DNA from: Octopus vulgaris
Taxonomy: Eukaryota
Length of the DNA stretch: 64,000 nucleotides
Reading direction: 5' to 3'
NCBI GenBank assembly: GCA_951406725.2
Contig: OX597840.1
Coordinates: 11,284,001-11,348,000 of the forward strand
Program-made: the position numbers and the translations under genes
Notes under the pieces: generated by a model
The model's database searches: none
The model's input: the letters and a program-made list of their open reading frames with translations, nothing else
Told to the model about the DNA's origin: nothing
Shown here: positions 40,776-56,051 of the stretch, one piece after another
How the letters are laid out: the number at the start of each line of letters is the position of its first letter
Numbering within the stretch: the first letter of the stretch is position 1

Positions 40776-41673
40776 GATAAAGGCAATAGGGTGTCTTGCT
40801 GATCGACAGACTGGGGTTGCTGAGAGAAACGGCGTCGTAGTCGCATGCGGCATCGTATGCTGCTGTCCTCGCTACCTTCTTTGATTTATGATGGTAATGA
40901 TGCCATCATCTCCGTGATTCTTCTTCTTCTTCTTCTTCTTCTTCTTCTTCTTGTCGTCGTCTGCATCATCGTCGTCGTTCTTAATTATTCTCTGTTTATC
41001 CTCTTTTTTGCTTTTGTTACTACCGGAATGATTCGCTTGGAGAAATCTGTTTGAATCTGCTAACGATCCGGCACGGGTGACTGGAAACAGAACCTGTCTT
41101 GGCGACAGTCGTTCTTCACACTGGAGGCAAACACACACACGCACACGCACACACACGCACACACACACGCACACATGCATGCACACACATACGCATGCAC
41201 ACACATACGCATGCACACACATGCACGCCTGCGCAGAAATACGCAATAAGAGGGAGAAGGAGAGGGAGAGAGACAGTGTGTAGCATTACCCTTTATTAAT
41301 TGAATGCAATTGACAAGAACACTCTCTCTATCTCTCACTCTCTCTCTCTCTTCGGGCGAATGGAGAGAAATATGCAGACGCAGGTATAATCAGAGTGAAT
41401 GAGAGGAAGAGAGAGACTGACAAACAAGCAGAGAGAGAGGCAGGTAGACAGATATACAGGCAAAGAGAGCAAGAGAGAGAAGGGGTGAGAGAGAGACATT
41501 ACAACTAATTAATTGAATATGATTGGCGTAAATGATTTCTCTTTCTTCATACATATAAACAGATATATCCTAACACAGGCATAATCAGAGGGAATGAGAG
41601 AGAGAGAGAAACAGACAGACAGACAAACAGACTGATAGGCAAACAGAGAGAGAGAGAGACAAGGAGAGCAATA

Positions 41674-42545
41674 AGCACCAAGGGACATGCTCAACTGGTT
41701 ATGGTCAAACAACTGACAAGCAAATCTGTGGTATTGAGCAGAATATTTGCTGTAGCCCATCTTTTATACCAAGACAAAACAATGTACATGATAACACTTC
41801 CAATCAGTTGAGATCAGAAGCCATGAGAGCCACTGCCTGGAACTGCATCTAGGCATTAAAGCAAATCTGTGGTATTGAGCAGAATATTTGCTGTAGCCCA
41901 TCTTTTATACCAAGACAAAACAATGTACATGATAACACTTCCAATCAGTTAAGATCAGAAGCCATGAGAGCTACTGCCTGGTACTGCATCAGGGCATTAA
42001 AGCAAATCTGTGGTATTGAGCAGAATATTTGCTGTAGCCCATCTTTTATACCAAGACAAAACAATGTACATGATAACACTTCCAGTCAGTTAAGATCAGA
42101 AGCCATGAGAGCCACTGCCTGGAACTGCATCAGGGCATTAAAGCAAATCTGTGGTATTGAGCAGAATATTTGCTGTAGCCCATCTTTTATATCAAAACAA
42201 AACAATGTACATGATAACACTTCCAATCAGTTAAGATCAGAAGCCATGAGAGCCACTGCATTTGATCACTATAAACGAATCATTTCTGCTGGTCTTTTAT
42301 ACCAAGACAAAACAATGTACATGATAACACTTCCAGTCAGTTAAGATCAGAAGCCATGAGAGCCACTGCCTGGAACTGCATCAGGGCATTAAAGCAAATC
42401 TGTGGTATTGAGCAGAATATTTGCTGTAGCCCATCTTTTATATCAAAACAAAACAATGTACATGATAACACTTCCAATCAGTTAAGATCAGAAGCCATGA
42501 GAGCCACTGCATTTGATCACTATAAACGAATCATTTCTGCTGGTC
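41674..42545 (-). repeat. 141-bp tandem array of the 5' end of the TAA-flanked element
   Basis: Units at 41718, 41859, 42000, 42141 and 42392; includes a 251-bp higher-order duplication that takes in flanking sequence. Confidence 0.92.
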
Positions 42546-42600
42546 GTTTGGTAAAAATCTGAACCTACATTCGTCGGTAGAACCCACCACCAAAATCATT

Positions 42601-42636
<36 letters not shown>

Positions 42637-42864
42637 GTCGTCGTCGTCATCATCATCATTAATATTGTTGTTGTTATCATTATTTATTTATTATTGTTAT
42701 TATTTATCTATTTATAATTATTATTATTTAATTATTTATTATTAGTATTATTATTATTATTATTATTATTACTTTTATTTATTTATCATTATTGTTTTGT
42801 TATCATTTATTTATTATTTTTATTATTATTTATTTATATATTATCATTATTATTATTATTATTA

Positions 42865-42924
<60 letters not shown>

Positions 42925-43068
42925 GTTGTTGTATTCGTGGGGCTTCGAATAACCATTTATCTTCTGAAGATAAGCTTATACAAAAGGGAACGCATCAGAT
43001 AAGATTATTGAGCGATAAGAGGGGAAAAAAAGAGAAAAACACGAATTTAAAAAAAATGAATTTGGACA

Positions 43069-43640
43069 CTGTCCGGGGACACGAAATTTTTTTTCGCACG
43101 AGAGTTTCGGACCCCAGTTATAAACTCATTTGCATACAGCCAAATCAGAGCTCAACTTTCAAACTAATTTATGAGCGCATAATAAGTGATGGGTGATAAG
43201 ACAAGGTCCCTTGGGTAAGGAATGACCCTGCTTCCTTTCTCTTTTAATAATGCTTGTTGTTCTTGTTCTTGTTTCAACCATGGCTGCCTCTGCGTAGTTA
43301 TTTGTGTTGTTGCTTACTTTGTAAAACTGTAAGGGGAGAGAGTTGGTAGCACATCACCTTCTGCCCACGTTTTCTCCCATATTTACTATATGGGGCCCTA
43401 AGAAAATCCCATAATAGGTACAGATGAAAATCTATCTAATTACTTGTCCCCTTCTAAAATCAGGCATAACTTGGCGATCGGTCGACTTACAACACCGTCC
43501 TTCGTCTTGAGTTTACTTGGTAGAGTGTGTTTGTTAACTTGACAACAAGGTCAGGGTGAGCTCTCATTGGTTGTATGCAAATGAGTTTATTACTGGGGTC
43601 CGGAACTCTAGCGGGAAAAAAAATTTCGCGACCTGGACTG
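43069..43640. mobile_element. Non-autonomous DNA transposon with ~85-bp imperfect TIRs
   Basis: CGGACCCCAGTTATAAACTCATTTGCATACA on the left mirrors TGTATGCAAATGAGTTTATTACTGGGGTCCG on the right. Confidence 0.8.
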
Positions 43641-44459
43641 TTTCACAGATCGTCATGAATGCTGCCATGCAGCAAAATATACACTCACACAACACGCACT
43701 TGTAGCAGCACAAGCAGCCAGCGCCATATTGGATGAGATCTCGCGGCGGCCATTGCGATCTCCGAGACTGGAGCGAGACCTCACCAGCATCCATTTGCCA
43801 TGCGCGAGATCACAACGAGGCTCGTTGTGGAGAAAACTATGTAAAGGGAAAAACCCTCTTCAAATTCCTCTTCTTCGGCGCCACTACACAGCAGCGCTAG
43901 CTGAGCACACGAATGGCTGGAGGCAATTTGCAACCGCACTATCGAAGCTTAAGATGGTAGCTGAGAGCAGCACACTTCACCTTTCCTGTAAATAAACCCG
44001 TTGTAAATAGCAGATGTACTTGAAATCTTTTCTCTTCGCCTGCCGGAAGCCCGAACTATATAAAGTACAAAAAGAATGATGGAAAAAGACGATATTCTTC
44101 CGATATCGTAAACCTTGCCTTCCATTATTAAACACTGAATAAAAAATAGAAGGTGCAATAAAAACAAATATTTGACTACGCGAACAATTTCATCAGTGAT
44201 CATTGGTCGACAGAGTTAACAATCGAGTCTGTAAAAAGTGTGAGGAATGCTACAGTTTAATTTTACGGTGCCGTGAACAAGAAAACTGGTGGTACTGATA
44301 TTAATAATAGTAATAACAATATTAATAGAGATCGTAACGTTACTGCTATCTACGATAAATATAAACTACAATTAGAGCAGAAAAGATATAACTTCTTCCG
44401 GTCACATATTTCTTTAGTGACAGCAAATCTGACCTTTGTCGCTATTTTTGTTGTTGCTG

Positions 44460-44501
<42 letters not shown>

Positions 44502-44887
44502 ATACTACTACTAATACTACTACTATTACTACTACTACTACTACTACTACTACTGGTATTTGGTAACATTCCACGGCAACTGAATTGGAAGCTGATTTAT
44601 CAACAGCTTGCTAAAGTACTTGCAGGTTGAAGTAACATCCGTGAATTGCTGGCGTGCTTTTAAAAGACCTTCACTTAAAGGTCAACACAGATTCAGGGAC
44701 GTTATTAGCGACGTGCGAAGAAAGACAATAAATCACACGTTGATGAGATTCCCACAGAAGAACCATTTTGGAAGCCAAGTTTAGAAAACTTAGCTCAGAG
44801 TAGCAAGAACAGGAACCGACTTAAAGGAATTCGTAGTAATAACACAAATTGGAAAATCACTTCCCTCAATTATTATTATTATTATTA

Positions 44888-44958
<71 letters not shown>

Positions 44959-44961
44959 ATA

Positions 44962-45368
44962 CTTGAAATCTTCAAAGCCATAGTTGAACCAATTCTACTA
45001 TATGGCTCAGAAACCTGGACATTATCAAAGAAGCTTGAGAGGCGGTTGGATGGAACCTACACTCGCCTCCTTATGAGAGCTCAAAATCTCTCGTGGAAGC
45101 ATCATCCAACCAAAATGCAAATATATGGGAAACTACCACCTGTGTCATCTCTTGTGAAAGGTAGGAGAGTCCAGTTCACTGGACATTGTTGTAGAGCTGA
45201 AAACAAGGTAATTTCTACTCTTCTCCTCTGGAAGCCATCTACACGCGATAATCTCCAGGGATACAGGCATCCAGCAACAGGACCTCCGTAATGCTATGAT
45301 GGACCGTGAAGTCTGGCGTAGCATGGTAAATTCCATTGTCTCGACCACGGTCGAACAATGATGATGAT
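44962..45368 (+). mobile_element. RTE-type LINE 3' end
   Basis: FKAIVEPILLYGSETWTL...RRVQFTGHCCR, with an internal deletion and a (TGA)n tail. Confidence 0.88.
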
Positions 45369-45390
45369 TATTATTATTATTATTATTATT

Positions 45391-45884
45391 CAGCAGTCCT
45401 ACCTCTATCCCGTGTCCCCCCTGCAACACCAAACGCAGCTCTGTGTACCTCGGGTAACGTGCTGTGGTCGGCTGTGACGCTTTCACCTTCACTGTTTTGA
45501 AAGTGTTCTGCGTAGGATGTGTGCAGTGTCCAGTAGTGCCATTTTCTGTATGTTATATATATTTGTTTGTCCTGGTGTTTTTGTTAAGCATTTGTTTGAA
45601 TATTTTTGTATCATACCTAATGCGCCTACTTTGATAGGAATTGTTTCTGCTTTTAGACTCCATATTCGGGTTACTCTTTTACTCTTTTTACTCTTTTACT
45701 TGTTTCAGTCACTTGACTGCGGCCATGCTGGAGCACCATCTTTTTAGCCGAGCAAATCGACCCCAGGACTTATTCTTTGTAAGCCCAGTACTTATTCTAT
45801 CGCTAAGTAACGGGGACGTAAACACACCAGCATCGGTTTTCAAGCAATGCTAGGGGGACAAACACAGACACACAAACACACACA

Positions 45885-45928
<44 letters not shown>

Positions 45929-46086
45929 TACGACGGGCTTCTTTCAGTTTCCGTCTACCAAATCCACTCACAAGGCATTGGTCGGCCCAGGGCTATAGCA
46001 GAAGACACTTGCCCAAGATGCCATGCAGTGGGACTGAACCCGGAACCATGTGGTTGGTTAGCAAGCTACTTACCACACACCACTCC

Positions 46087-46132
<46 letters not shown>

Positions 46133-46195
46133 CATATACGACGGGCTTCTTACAGTTTCCGTCTACCAAATCCTCCCACTCACAAGGCATTGGTC

Positions 46196-46234
<39 letters not shown>

Positions 46235-46471
46235 CCCGGGGCTATAGTAGAAGACACTTGCCCAAGATGCCACGCAGTGGACTGAACCCGGAACCATGTG
46301 GTTGGTTAGCAAGCTACTTACCACACAGCCACTCCTGCGCCTGTTTCCAGATCTTTGTAATTTGAGACCTATTGGCCTTAATTTCTTTGTGTGTGTATTG
46401 GCATATCCCAAAGTATGGTAGCTTTCTCATTTTCTGTGACCTTTTCTTGGGTGTGCCTATACCATCTGTTA
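45391..46471 (-). mobile_element. R4/Dong-like endonuclease and 3' UTR fragment between (TAA)n tracts, split by a SINE B (45672-46341)
   Basis: WYRHTQEKVTENEKATILWDMPIHT, NYKDLE, then VTRIWSLKAETIPIKVGALG...TAHILRRTL. Confidence 0.85.
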
Positions 46472-46472
46472 C

Positions 46473-46586
<114 letters not shown>

Positions 46587-46853
46587 TATTATTATTATTA
46601 TTATTGAAGACGTCGCACAGTATACAATATCGTGATGTTGATTGAAGATATTGTGTCTACCGGGTGGGGTTTGCACTGTCTATCAAGTCACAACAAGGAC
46701 CTCAGACAGACAGTACTTTACGCAGTTCCAAGTAATGTCGACTTTTGCAATACTTCTAGATTGTAGGGTATTTCTTCTTCTTATTATTATTATTACTGTT
46801 GTTGTTTACAAATGTTATTGTTGCTTTGTAAACAACAATAACGTTAACAACAA

Positions 46854-46927
<74 letters not shown>

Positions 46928-47020
46928 GCTTTGTTACTGACAGCCCCCATCTTGCGTAAGACGCAATCAATTAATCAGAACAGCACAAGATTCAGTAGAA
47001 TAGTTCAAATAGAACAAACT

Positions 47021-47236
47021 ACACGACTCACACCCTATACATACACGACTCATACCCTATACATGCACGACTCACACCCTATACATACACGACTCATACC
47101 CTATACATGCACGACTCACCCTATACATGCACGACTCACACCCTATACATGCACGACTCACACCTTATACATGCACGACTCACACCCTATACATGCATGA
47201 CTCACACCCTACACATACACGGCTCACACCCTATAC
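47021..47236. repeat. 22-bp minisatellite CACGACTCACACCCTATACATR, about 10 copies
   Basis: Seen directly. Confidence 0.92.
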
Positions 47237-47254
47237 AGCAATAAGCATCTCATG

Positions 47255-47960
<706 letters not shown>

Positions 47961-48460
47961 GCAATAAGCATCTCATACTATAAAACAGCAGAGACTCGCG
48001 CAGCATATATACATGATCAAAGACCCATAAAATAAATCCACTGAAATTACACACCCCACGCATCACATACAACAGAACAGACACTAATATAACAAAAAAA
48101 ACACAAGGAACTAGACCCCCATGACAAACAAAACAAGCTGGTGCAGAACGCCAGAAGGCGGAGCAAACACGCCTCCGTTTCCCCCCGCGAAAATATAAGC
48201 ATAAATACCGCTCTCACCCCAGGAACCAGGTGGTGCAAGCAGGTGGTCCAGCAGGTGGCGCGGTGAAAACTTTCAGGTAATTACCTAAGGAAAACAGCGA
48301 AAACGGCAAGGAGGAAGAGGAGGAGGAGGGGATGGGGAGGAGGGGGAGGGGAGGAGGAGGAGGAGAAGAAGAAGAAGAAGAAGAAGAAGAAGAAGAAGAA
48401 GAAGAAGAAGAAGAAGGAGGAGGAGAAGAAGAAGAAGAAGAAGAAGAAGAAGAAGGCGGA

Positions 48461-48496
<36 letters not shown>

Positions 48497-48610
48497 GAAG
48501 AAGAAGAAGAAGAAGAAGAAGAAGAAGGTGATGATGATGATGATGAAGAAGAAGAAGAAGAAGAAGAAGAAGAAGATGATGATGACGATGATGATGATGA
48601 TGATGATGAT

Positions 48611-48641
<31 letters not shown>

Positions 48642-48721
48642 AAGAAGAAGAAGAAGAAGAAGAAGAAGAAGAAGAAGAAGAAGAAGAAGAAGAAGAAGAA
48701 GAAGAAGAAGAAGAAGAAGAA

Positions 48722-49416
48722 ACCAATTACATCAAATGCGGAATAGACAACACATCAGAGAGTGATAAGTGCAGAATTTGTGGACAAAATGGTGGAACCG
48801 TATGGCATATTACCAGTCAATTTATGCTACTCGCCCAGAAAGAGTATAAGAGATGTCATGACAACATAGCAAGGATTGTCCATTGGACATTTTGCAGTAA
48901 GTATGGACTTGACACAGCAAAAAAGTGGTACGAACATAAACCCGAAGGCATCATTGAAAATGATAATGCAAAGATCCTGTGGGATTTTATGATTCAGCGC
49001 GACCATGAGATAGAGAATAGGTAACCAGACATAGTTTTAATTGAGAAAGAAAGCATACGATGCTGGATCATAGATATAGTATGCCCAGCTGATAACAAAG
49101 TATGCGATAAGGAAGAAAGGAAAGTCGATAGATATGACAGGTTAGCTTGGGGAGTTAAGCAGTGGTCGCTGAAAAAGGTGATAGTAGTACCAATAATTGT
49201 CGGAGGCCTGGGAACAGTGAGTAAAAATCTTGAGAAGTACATGGAACAAATAGGGGCAGCAATAAGGGTGGAACACTTGCAGAAAACAACACTGCTTGGA
49301 ACCGCTCGAATACTCCGGAAGGTGCTCGAAAAATAAAGGGGGGGGATCTTAGTTCACTGGTAGTAAACAGCTGACACCATAGTACATGTCCAGCGTTAGA
49401 AGCTGTGCAAAGGCAA
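48722..49416 (+). mobile_element. R4/Dong-like C-terminus: zinc knuckle plus PD-(D/E)xK restriction-like endonuclease, 3' UTR and (TAA)n tail
   Basis: KCRICG...WHI...KRCHDNIARIVHW...ILWDF...R*PDIVLI...IIDIVCP...LLGTARILRKVL* in a single frame. One internal stop at 49022; terminal stop at 49334-49336. Confidence 0.92.
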
Positions 49417-49442
49417 TGATAATAATAATGATGATGATGATG

Positions 49443-49830
<388 letters not shown>

Positions 49831-49831
49831 A

Positions 49832-50108
<277 letters not shown>

Positions 50109-50297
50109 GAAGAGCATTGTCAATGTGAGAACTGTTGCTGCTCATGTATTATAATTTAACTTAAAAAAAAAAAAAAAATGAACGAACTACTGAGTTTGGT
50201 TTAATGGCCTACCAATATACACTATGAGTTTCTTTGCCCTAGGAGTAGGGAAGACACTCGGCAAGAAATGGAAGCAAATTTGAAAGAAGAAAAAAAA

Positions 50298-50329
<32 letters not shown>

Positions 50330-50341
50330 CAACAATAATAA

Positions 50342-50782
50342 TACCAGATATTGTTGTGAAAGACCAAAAACAAGACATTCTGAGGGAAAATAAAGTGTAA
50401 CGATTCTTTGGGACATCCTATTATGTACAGACCGGACTATCAAAGCAATTAAACCAGATATTGTTATGGGAGACCAAAACAATAAAGTCTGTTTATTGAT
50501 TGACATGAGGAGCATATTCTGTGACCATAATATCATGTGTCCATAAAATCTCAGCAAAAGAATTTGATAAGCTCAGAAAATATAAAGATTTGCTCATCGA
50601 AATCGAAAAAATGTGGCATCTCAAGACGATTTCAATACCAACGATTGTAGGAGCACTTGGAATGGTCATAAAAAGAACTGAAAATTGTTTAGGATGATCC
50701 CTGGCTTACCATCCATGCAGGAAGTGCAAAAGATTGTCTTAACTGGAACGTCACATATATTAAGAAGAGCATTGCCGCTGTG
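50342..50782 (+). mobile_element. R4/Dong-like endonuclease fragment
   Basis: ILWDILLCTDRTIKAIKPDIV...KYKDLLIEIEKMWHLK...IVGALG...QKIVLTGTSHILRRAL, with frameshifts. Confidence 0.85.
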
Positions 50783-51336
50783 AAGTTTCTTTTTTTTTGT
50801 TTCTCTTTTATTTTTGTTTGTTTACTTCCCTTATTGTTTCCTCTTTCTCTCTGTCTTTCTTTCTTCCCCCCTTTTCTCTACCCCATGACTTTGTAAACGA
50901 ACAAACAACTAGGTGGGTTTATTTTAGTGGCCTGCCAGCGTATACAGTGCGTTTCTCTGCCCTAGGTACCAGGAAGACACTCGGCAGGAAATGTAAATAG
51001 TATTGAAAAAATGATGATGATGATGATGATGATGATGATAATGATGGTGGTAGTGTGGTGGTGGTGGTGGTGGTGGTGGTGGTGGTGGTGGTGGTGATGA
51101 TGATGATAATTGCTATAAACGATAGCAGATATTGGTGGCTCATTTCCATTGGAAATAGTATTAAGGAAAATGCTGGAAGATAAATAGCGCGGCCGTGGCT
51201 GTATGGTAAGAAGTTTGCTTCCCAACCACGGGATTCCGGTTTCAGTCTCACAGCATGACACCTTGGGCCCTCGGATCGAACAAAGCTTTGTGAGCTGATC
51301 TGGTAGAGGGAAACTGAAAGAAGCCCGTCGTGTATA

Positions 51337-51399
<63 letters not shown>

Positions 51400-52076
51400 A
51401 TGTGTGTTTATGTTTGTCCCTTGCTTGACAACCGGTGCTGGTGTGTTTACGTCCTTGTAAGTTATCGGTTCGGCATGAGAGACCTATAGAATATGTACCA
51501 GGCTTGGCAAAAAAATTATCTCCTGGGCTCCATTCATTCGACTAAAAATTCTCCGAGGCGGTGCTTCTGCATGGGCGCAGTCTAATGACTGAAGCATGTA
51601 AAAAGCAAAGATAAAAGATGTACTACAATAATGTAATTAATGTATTTTAAATTTCCGATCTAATTGCTGGTTGGCCATTACAAGTAAAACACACCGACGG
51701 AGCACCAATCATATCACACGAGACAGATTCAACCACGAATAGAAAGATTCGATAAAAAACGTAAATGAAAAGCGTAACTTTCGGTTCATGATTTCAAACA
51801 GATAGGCCTAATTTGGGTTTGGTGCATAAAAAGCAAGAAAATTGGAGAATTCTATATCCTTGCTTAATCGCAAAGAATCCGTCACTGTCACAGGAGTGGC
51901 TGTGTGGTAAGTAGCTTGCTAACCAGCCACATGGTTCTGGGTTCAGTCCCACTGCGTGGCACCTTGGGCAAGTGTCTTCTGCTATAGCCTCGGGCCGACC
52001 AATGCTTTGTGAGTGGATTTGGTAGACGGAAACTGAAAGAAGCCTGTCGTATATATGTATATATATATATATATAT

Positions 52077-52645
52077 ATTGTATAAAAGGGCTTAGTAAAA
52101 TAAATTACTTTGCCACATACTGAACTCATTAGAAATAGCAGCCAAAAAAAAGATTTTTTAGCCATTTCTAATACTTAAAGAAAATTTCTCTCAGATAGTG
52201 TTTACTCAAAATAACCCACGAAGGTATGGGGTAAAAACATTAAAAAATCACAAGTGCAAAGATTATTTGAGAACGTACGTTTCTAGATCAGCCAAATACA
52301 ATTCGACATTTCTTTCGTCAGCCCAAAATTTCTTAATTCGGATTTGGAAACACTGAAAGTAGGAGCATACCCTTTTGGCGACTTTTCAGAAATTTTGGGC
52401 TGACGAAAGAAATGTCGAATTGTATTTGGCTGATCTAGAAACGTACGTTCTCAAATAATCTTTGCACTTGTGATTTTTTAATGTTTTTACCCCCATACCT
52501 TCGTGGGTTATTTTGAGTAAACACTATCTGAGAGAAATTTTCTTTAAGTATTAGAAATGGCTAAAAAATCTTTTTTTTGGCTGCTATTTCTAATGAGTTC
52601 AGTATGTGGCAAAGTAATTTATTTTACTAAGCCCTTTTATACAAT
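52077..52645. repeat. Near-perfect palindrome: 257/258-bp arms, 54-bp spacer
   Basis: Arms 52077-52333 and 52388-52645; the only difference I saw is a single-base indel in a G/C run. Confidence 0.97.
52394..52455 (+). ncRNA. Hammerhead-like motif (mirror copy 52266-52327, minus)
   Basis: UUUGGG-CUGACGA-A-AGA...UCU-A-GAAA-CGUACG-UU-CUCAAA: 6-bp stem I, palindromic stem III, A.A mismatch at the base of stem II. Confidence 0.68.
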
Positions 52646-52738
52646 GTAATATTTTGAATTCGCCTTAAATGGTCCCTTTACATACTGAATACTTGGTGAA
52701 ATTGATTAATAACTAATTAATTTTACCCTCAATTGTTG

Positions 52739-52809
<71 letters not shown>

Positions 52810-53221
52810 ATGTGTTTGTGTGTCTGTGTTTGTCCCCCTAGCATCGCTTGACAACCGATGCTGGTGTTTACGTCCCCGTCACTTAGCGGTTCGTCAAAAG
52901 AGACCGATGGAATAAATACTGGGCTTACAAAGAATAAGACCCGGGGTCGAGTTGCTCGACTAAAGGCGGTGCTCCAGCATGGTCGCAGTCAAATGACTGA
53001 AACAAGTAAAAAAGTAAAGAGTAAAGAGTATCAAAACAGACAAAGATTGTTCGGACAAATCAAATCTTTTGTTTCTAAGCCGATGTGATTTTAATGAGAA
53101 CAAATTTAAAATAAAATAAAAATCTATATCAAAACAAGTAAAGTAGGAAAATTCTGTAGAGTAGAATGGAGAAGATTTGCACCTACAAGGGTGAAATGGT
53201 TTAAAACAATAACTGCAGAAA

Positions 53222-53612
53222 ATGGATGGGAAGCACTCCGTCGGTTACGACGACGAGGGTTCCGGTTGATCCGAATCAACGGAACAGCCTGCTCGTGAAA
53301 TTAACGTGTAAGTGGCTGAGCACTCCACAGACACGTGCACCCTTAACGTAGTTCTCGGGGATATTCAGCGTGACACAGAGAGTGACAAGGCCGGCCCTTT
53401 GAAATACAGGTACAAGAGAAACAGGAAGTAAGAGTGAGAGAAAGTTGTGGTGAAAGAGTACAGCAGGGATCACCACCATCCCCTGCCGGAGCCTCGTGGA
53501 TCTTTAGGTGTTTTCGCTCAATAAACACTCACAACGCCCGGTCTGGGAATCGAAACCGCGATCCTATGACCGCGAGTTCGCTGCCCTAACCACTGGGCCA
53601 TTGCGCCTCCAC
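53222..53612 (-). mobile_element. SINE family C with 11-bp TSD
   Basis: AACTGCAGAAA at 53211-53221 and 53613-53623. Confidence 0.92.
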
Positions 53613-54212
53613 AACTGCAGAAAGTAAAGAATCGATGGAACTCATCTTAACAAATGAAGCAACCCAGACGCTCCAAGTGATCCGATCTTAAACTCTGGCA
53701 GAAATATTTCACAGATTCACATGAAATACTGGCAAAGAAACAGCAAACGAAATGATAGGTGTCGCATGTTGGATGTGAAATATGGGCACCATTTCAAGTG
53801 GTAAATGATTCAAATATGAAATGCAAGCGCATTTCATCTGGTAATCGATCGAAGCCAGATGGTAAATGCGGGGGGAAGGTCATTTCAATAGACCAGATGT
53901 GTAATGTAGGCCGTATTTCAATTGATAATAGATCCAGATCATATGTGAAATGTAGGCCCAGATCAGATATGAAATGAAAATGCCATTTTGACTGAGTGTG
54001 AAATATCGGTTCCAAATTCAACTGTTGATAAGTCCAGGCCAGACGTGAAATGTAGATCCAGGCCAGACGTGAAATGTAGATTCAGGCCAGACGTGAAATG
54101 AAGATCCAGGCCAGAGTGAAATTTGAGTTCAATTTCAACAGACACCAAACTGTTCTGATGACAATTGTGGGCTCCACTTCTACTGATAACAGGCCTAGGC
54201 TAGTTGTGTGCA

Positions 54213-55030
54213 CACGCGTGACTTAGTGGTTCAGGTGTTGGACTCATGATCGTAAGGTTGCGGTTTCGATTCCTGGATCGGGCGACGTATTGTGTTCTTG
54301 AGCAAAGCACTTCATTTCACCTTGCTCCCGTCCACTCAGCTGGCAGAAATGAGTAATCTTGTGAGGGACTAGCATCCCATCCAGGTGGGGAATATATACG
54401 CCATGGAAATCGGGAAACCGGCAACTTATGAGTCGGCGTGACTCGAGAACGTAACTTTATCTTACGTTGCCTTTATCCCTTCCTTTGCACAGGTTTACTG
54501 ATAATCTCCATTTCACTGGAATAAAGGGTTATGGCAGAACAGGTTGATGTTGACTGATCTGATAATCCCTTGAAGACGCGTAGCTTAGTGGTTAGGGCAT
54601 TTGACTCACTTTCGTTAAGTCGTGAGTTCGATTCCGGGCAACACGTTATGTCCTTGAGCAAGACACTTCATTTCATGTTGCTTCAGTCCACTCAGTTGGC
54701 AAAAATGAGTTAATCCTGCGAAGGATCAGCGTCCCGTTCAGGTGGGGAACTTATGCACCATAAAAACCGTAAAACCGGGAAACCGAGAAAGCGGTCCTTA
54801 TGAGTCGGTATCATTCGAGAAAGGGCGGCGAGCTGGCAGAGATGTTAGCACCTGCTGTTACGTTTTGAGTTCAAATTCCGCAGAGGTCGACTTTGCCTTT
54901 CATCCTTTCGGGGTCGATAAATTAGGTACCAGTTACGCACTGGGGTCGATGTAATCGACTTAATCCGTGTGTCTGTCCTTGTTTGTCCTCTCTGTGTTTA
55001 GCCCCTTGTGGGAAGTAAAGAAATAGGTAT
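54213..55030 (+). mobile_element. Two older tRNA-headed SINEs with a V-like block, followed by a SINE A
   Basis: Heads near 54215 and 54575 with GGTTTCGATTCC / GAGTTCGATTCC boxes; SINE A from ~54822. Confidence 0.75.
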
Positions 55031-55295
55031 CATTCGAGAAGGTAAGTTTACCTTTATAATTACCTTTACCAAGCCAGGTGTAAAATGTAAGCTTCATTTC
55101 AACCAATGAGAAAGCGAAGCCAGGTATGGAATAATCAAAGTTAAACTGATATGATTTATTTAGTAGTTAGAGATAGAAGCATGTCCATGTGGCGTGTTAC
55201 GAGTATATGCATGTGAATGTAGCGTTTTGACAAGAATATGTACGTAGATGAAGGTTACAAGAGATATTTACAGGTAACAAAACAATAACAGAGAT

Positions 55296-55356
<61 letters not shown>

Positions 55357-55414
55357 TAATAATAATAATAATGATGATGATGAAAATAATAATAATAATA
55401 ATGATGATAATAAT

Positions 55415-55455
<41 letters not shown>

Positions 55456-55465
55456 TAATAATGAA

Positions 55466-55515
<50 letters not shown>

Positions 55516-55541
55516 TGATGATGACGATGATGTTGATGAAA

Positions 55542-55671
<130 letters not shown>

Positions 55672-56037
55672 CAATGATGATGATGATGATGATGATGACG
55701 ACGACGACGACGACGATGACGACGATGACAATAACGACGACAAGGAAGAGGGGAGAAGAGGAGGAGGAGGAGGAGGAGCAGGAGGAAGCCTCATAGGGCA
55801 ACGATGGGGCAGTCGGTGGCACAAGCAATTAAACACCCGTGCCAGAGTCGCAACAAATTAAGCCTTCACCGCGTCTAGGGGGAGAAATATGTGATGGCCA
55901 CGGGTGGGAAGCCTCTCATCATAAGGTCAATCTCCTTGATCAAGGCGGCTATAACCTGGAGCCGGCGGGGGATGGGGGAATGGGGGAGACTGTGGACTAA
56001 AAAAAAAGGACATAGTGATTAATTAAGGAGTCACATT

Positions 56038-56051
56038 GTTGCCATGGTAAC
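56038..56051. promoter_or_regulatory. RFX X-box-like motif
   Basis: GTTGCCATGGTAAC fits the X-box consensus and lies in a unique, relatively GC-rich island. Function not shown. Confidence 0.35.

Larger units (their letters stand above)
51891..53028 (+). mobile_element. SINE family B with a ~670-bp element inserted in its (TA)n tract
   Basis: 5' half to ~52050; 3' half from ~52800. Confidence 0.9.

Noticed and set aside
43786-43986. Possible minus-strand coding exon with AG/GT boundaries
   Set aside because: All three frames contain stops shortly after the acceptor.
48332-48613. Acidic poly-E/D ORF starting with ATG
   Set aside because: It is a compound GAA/GAT microsatellite abutting a truncated LINE, with no supporting gene structure.
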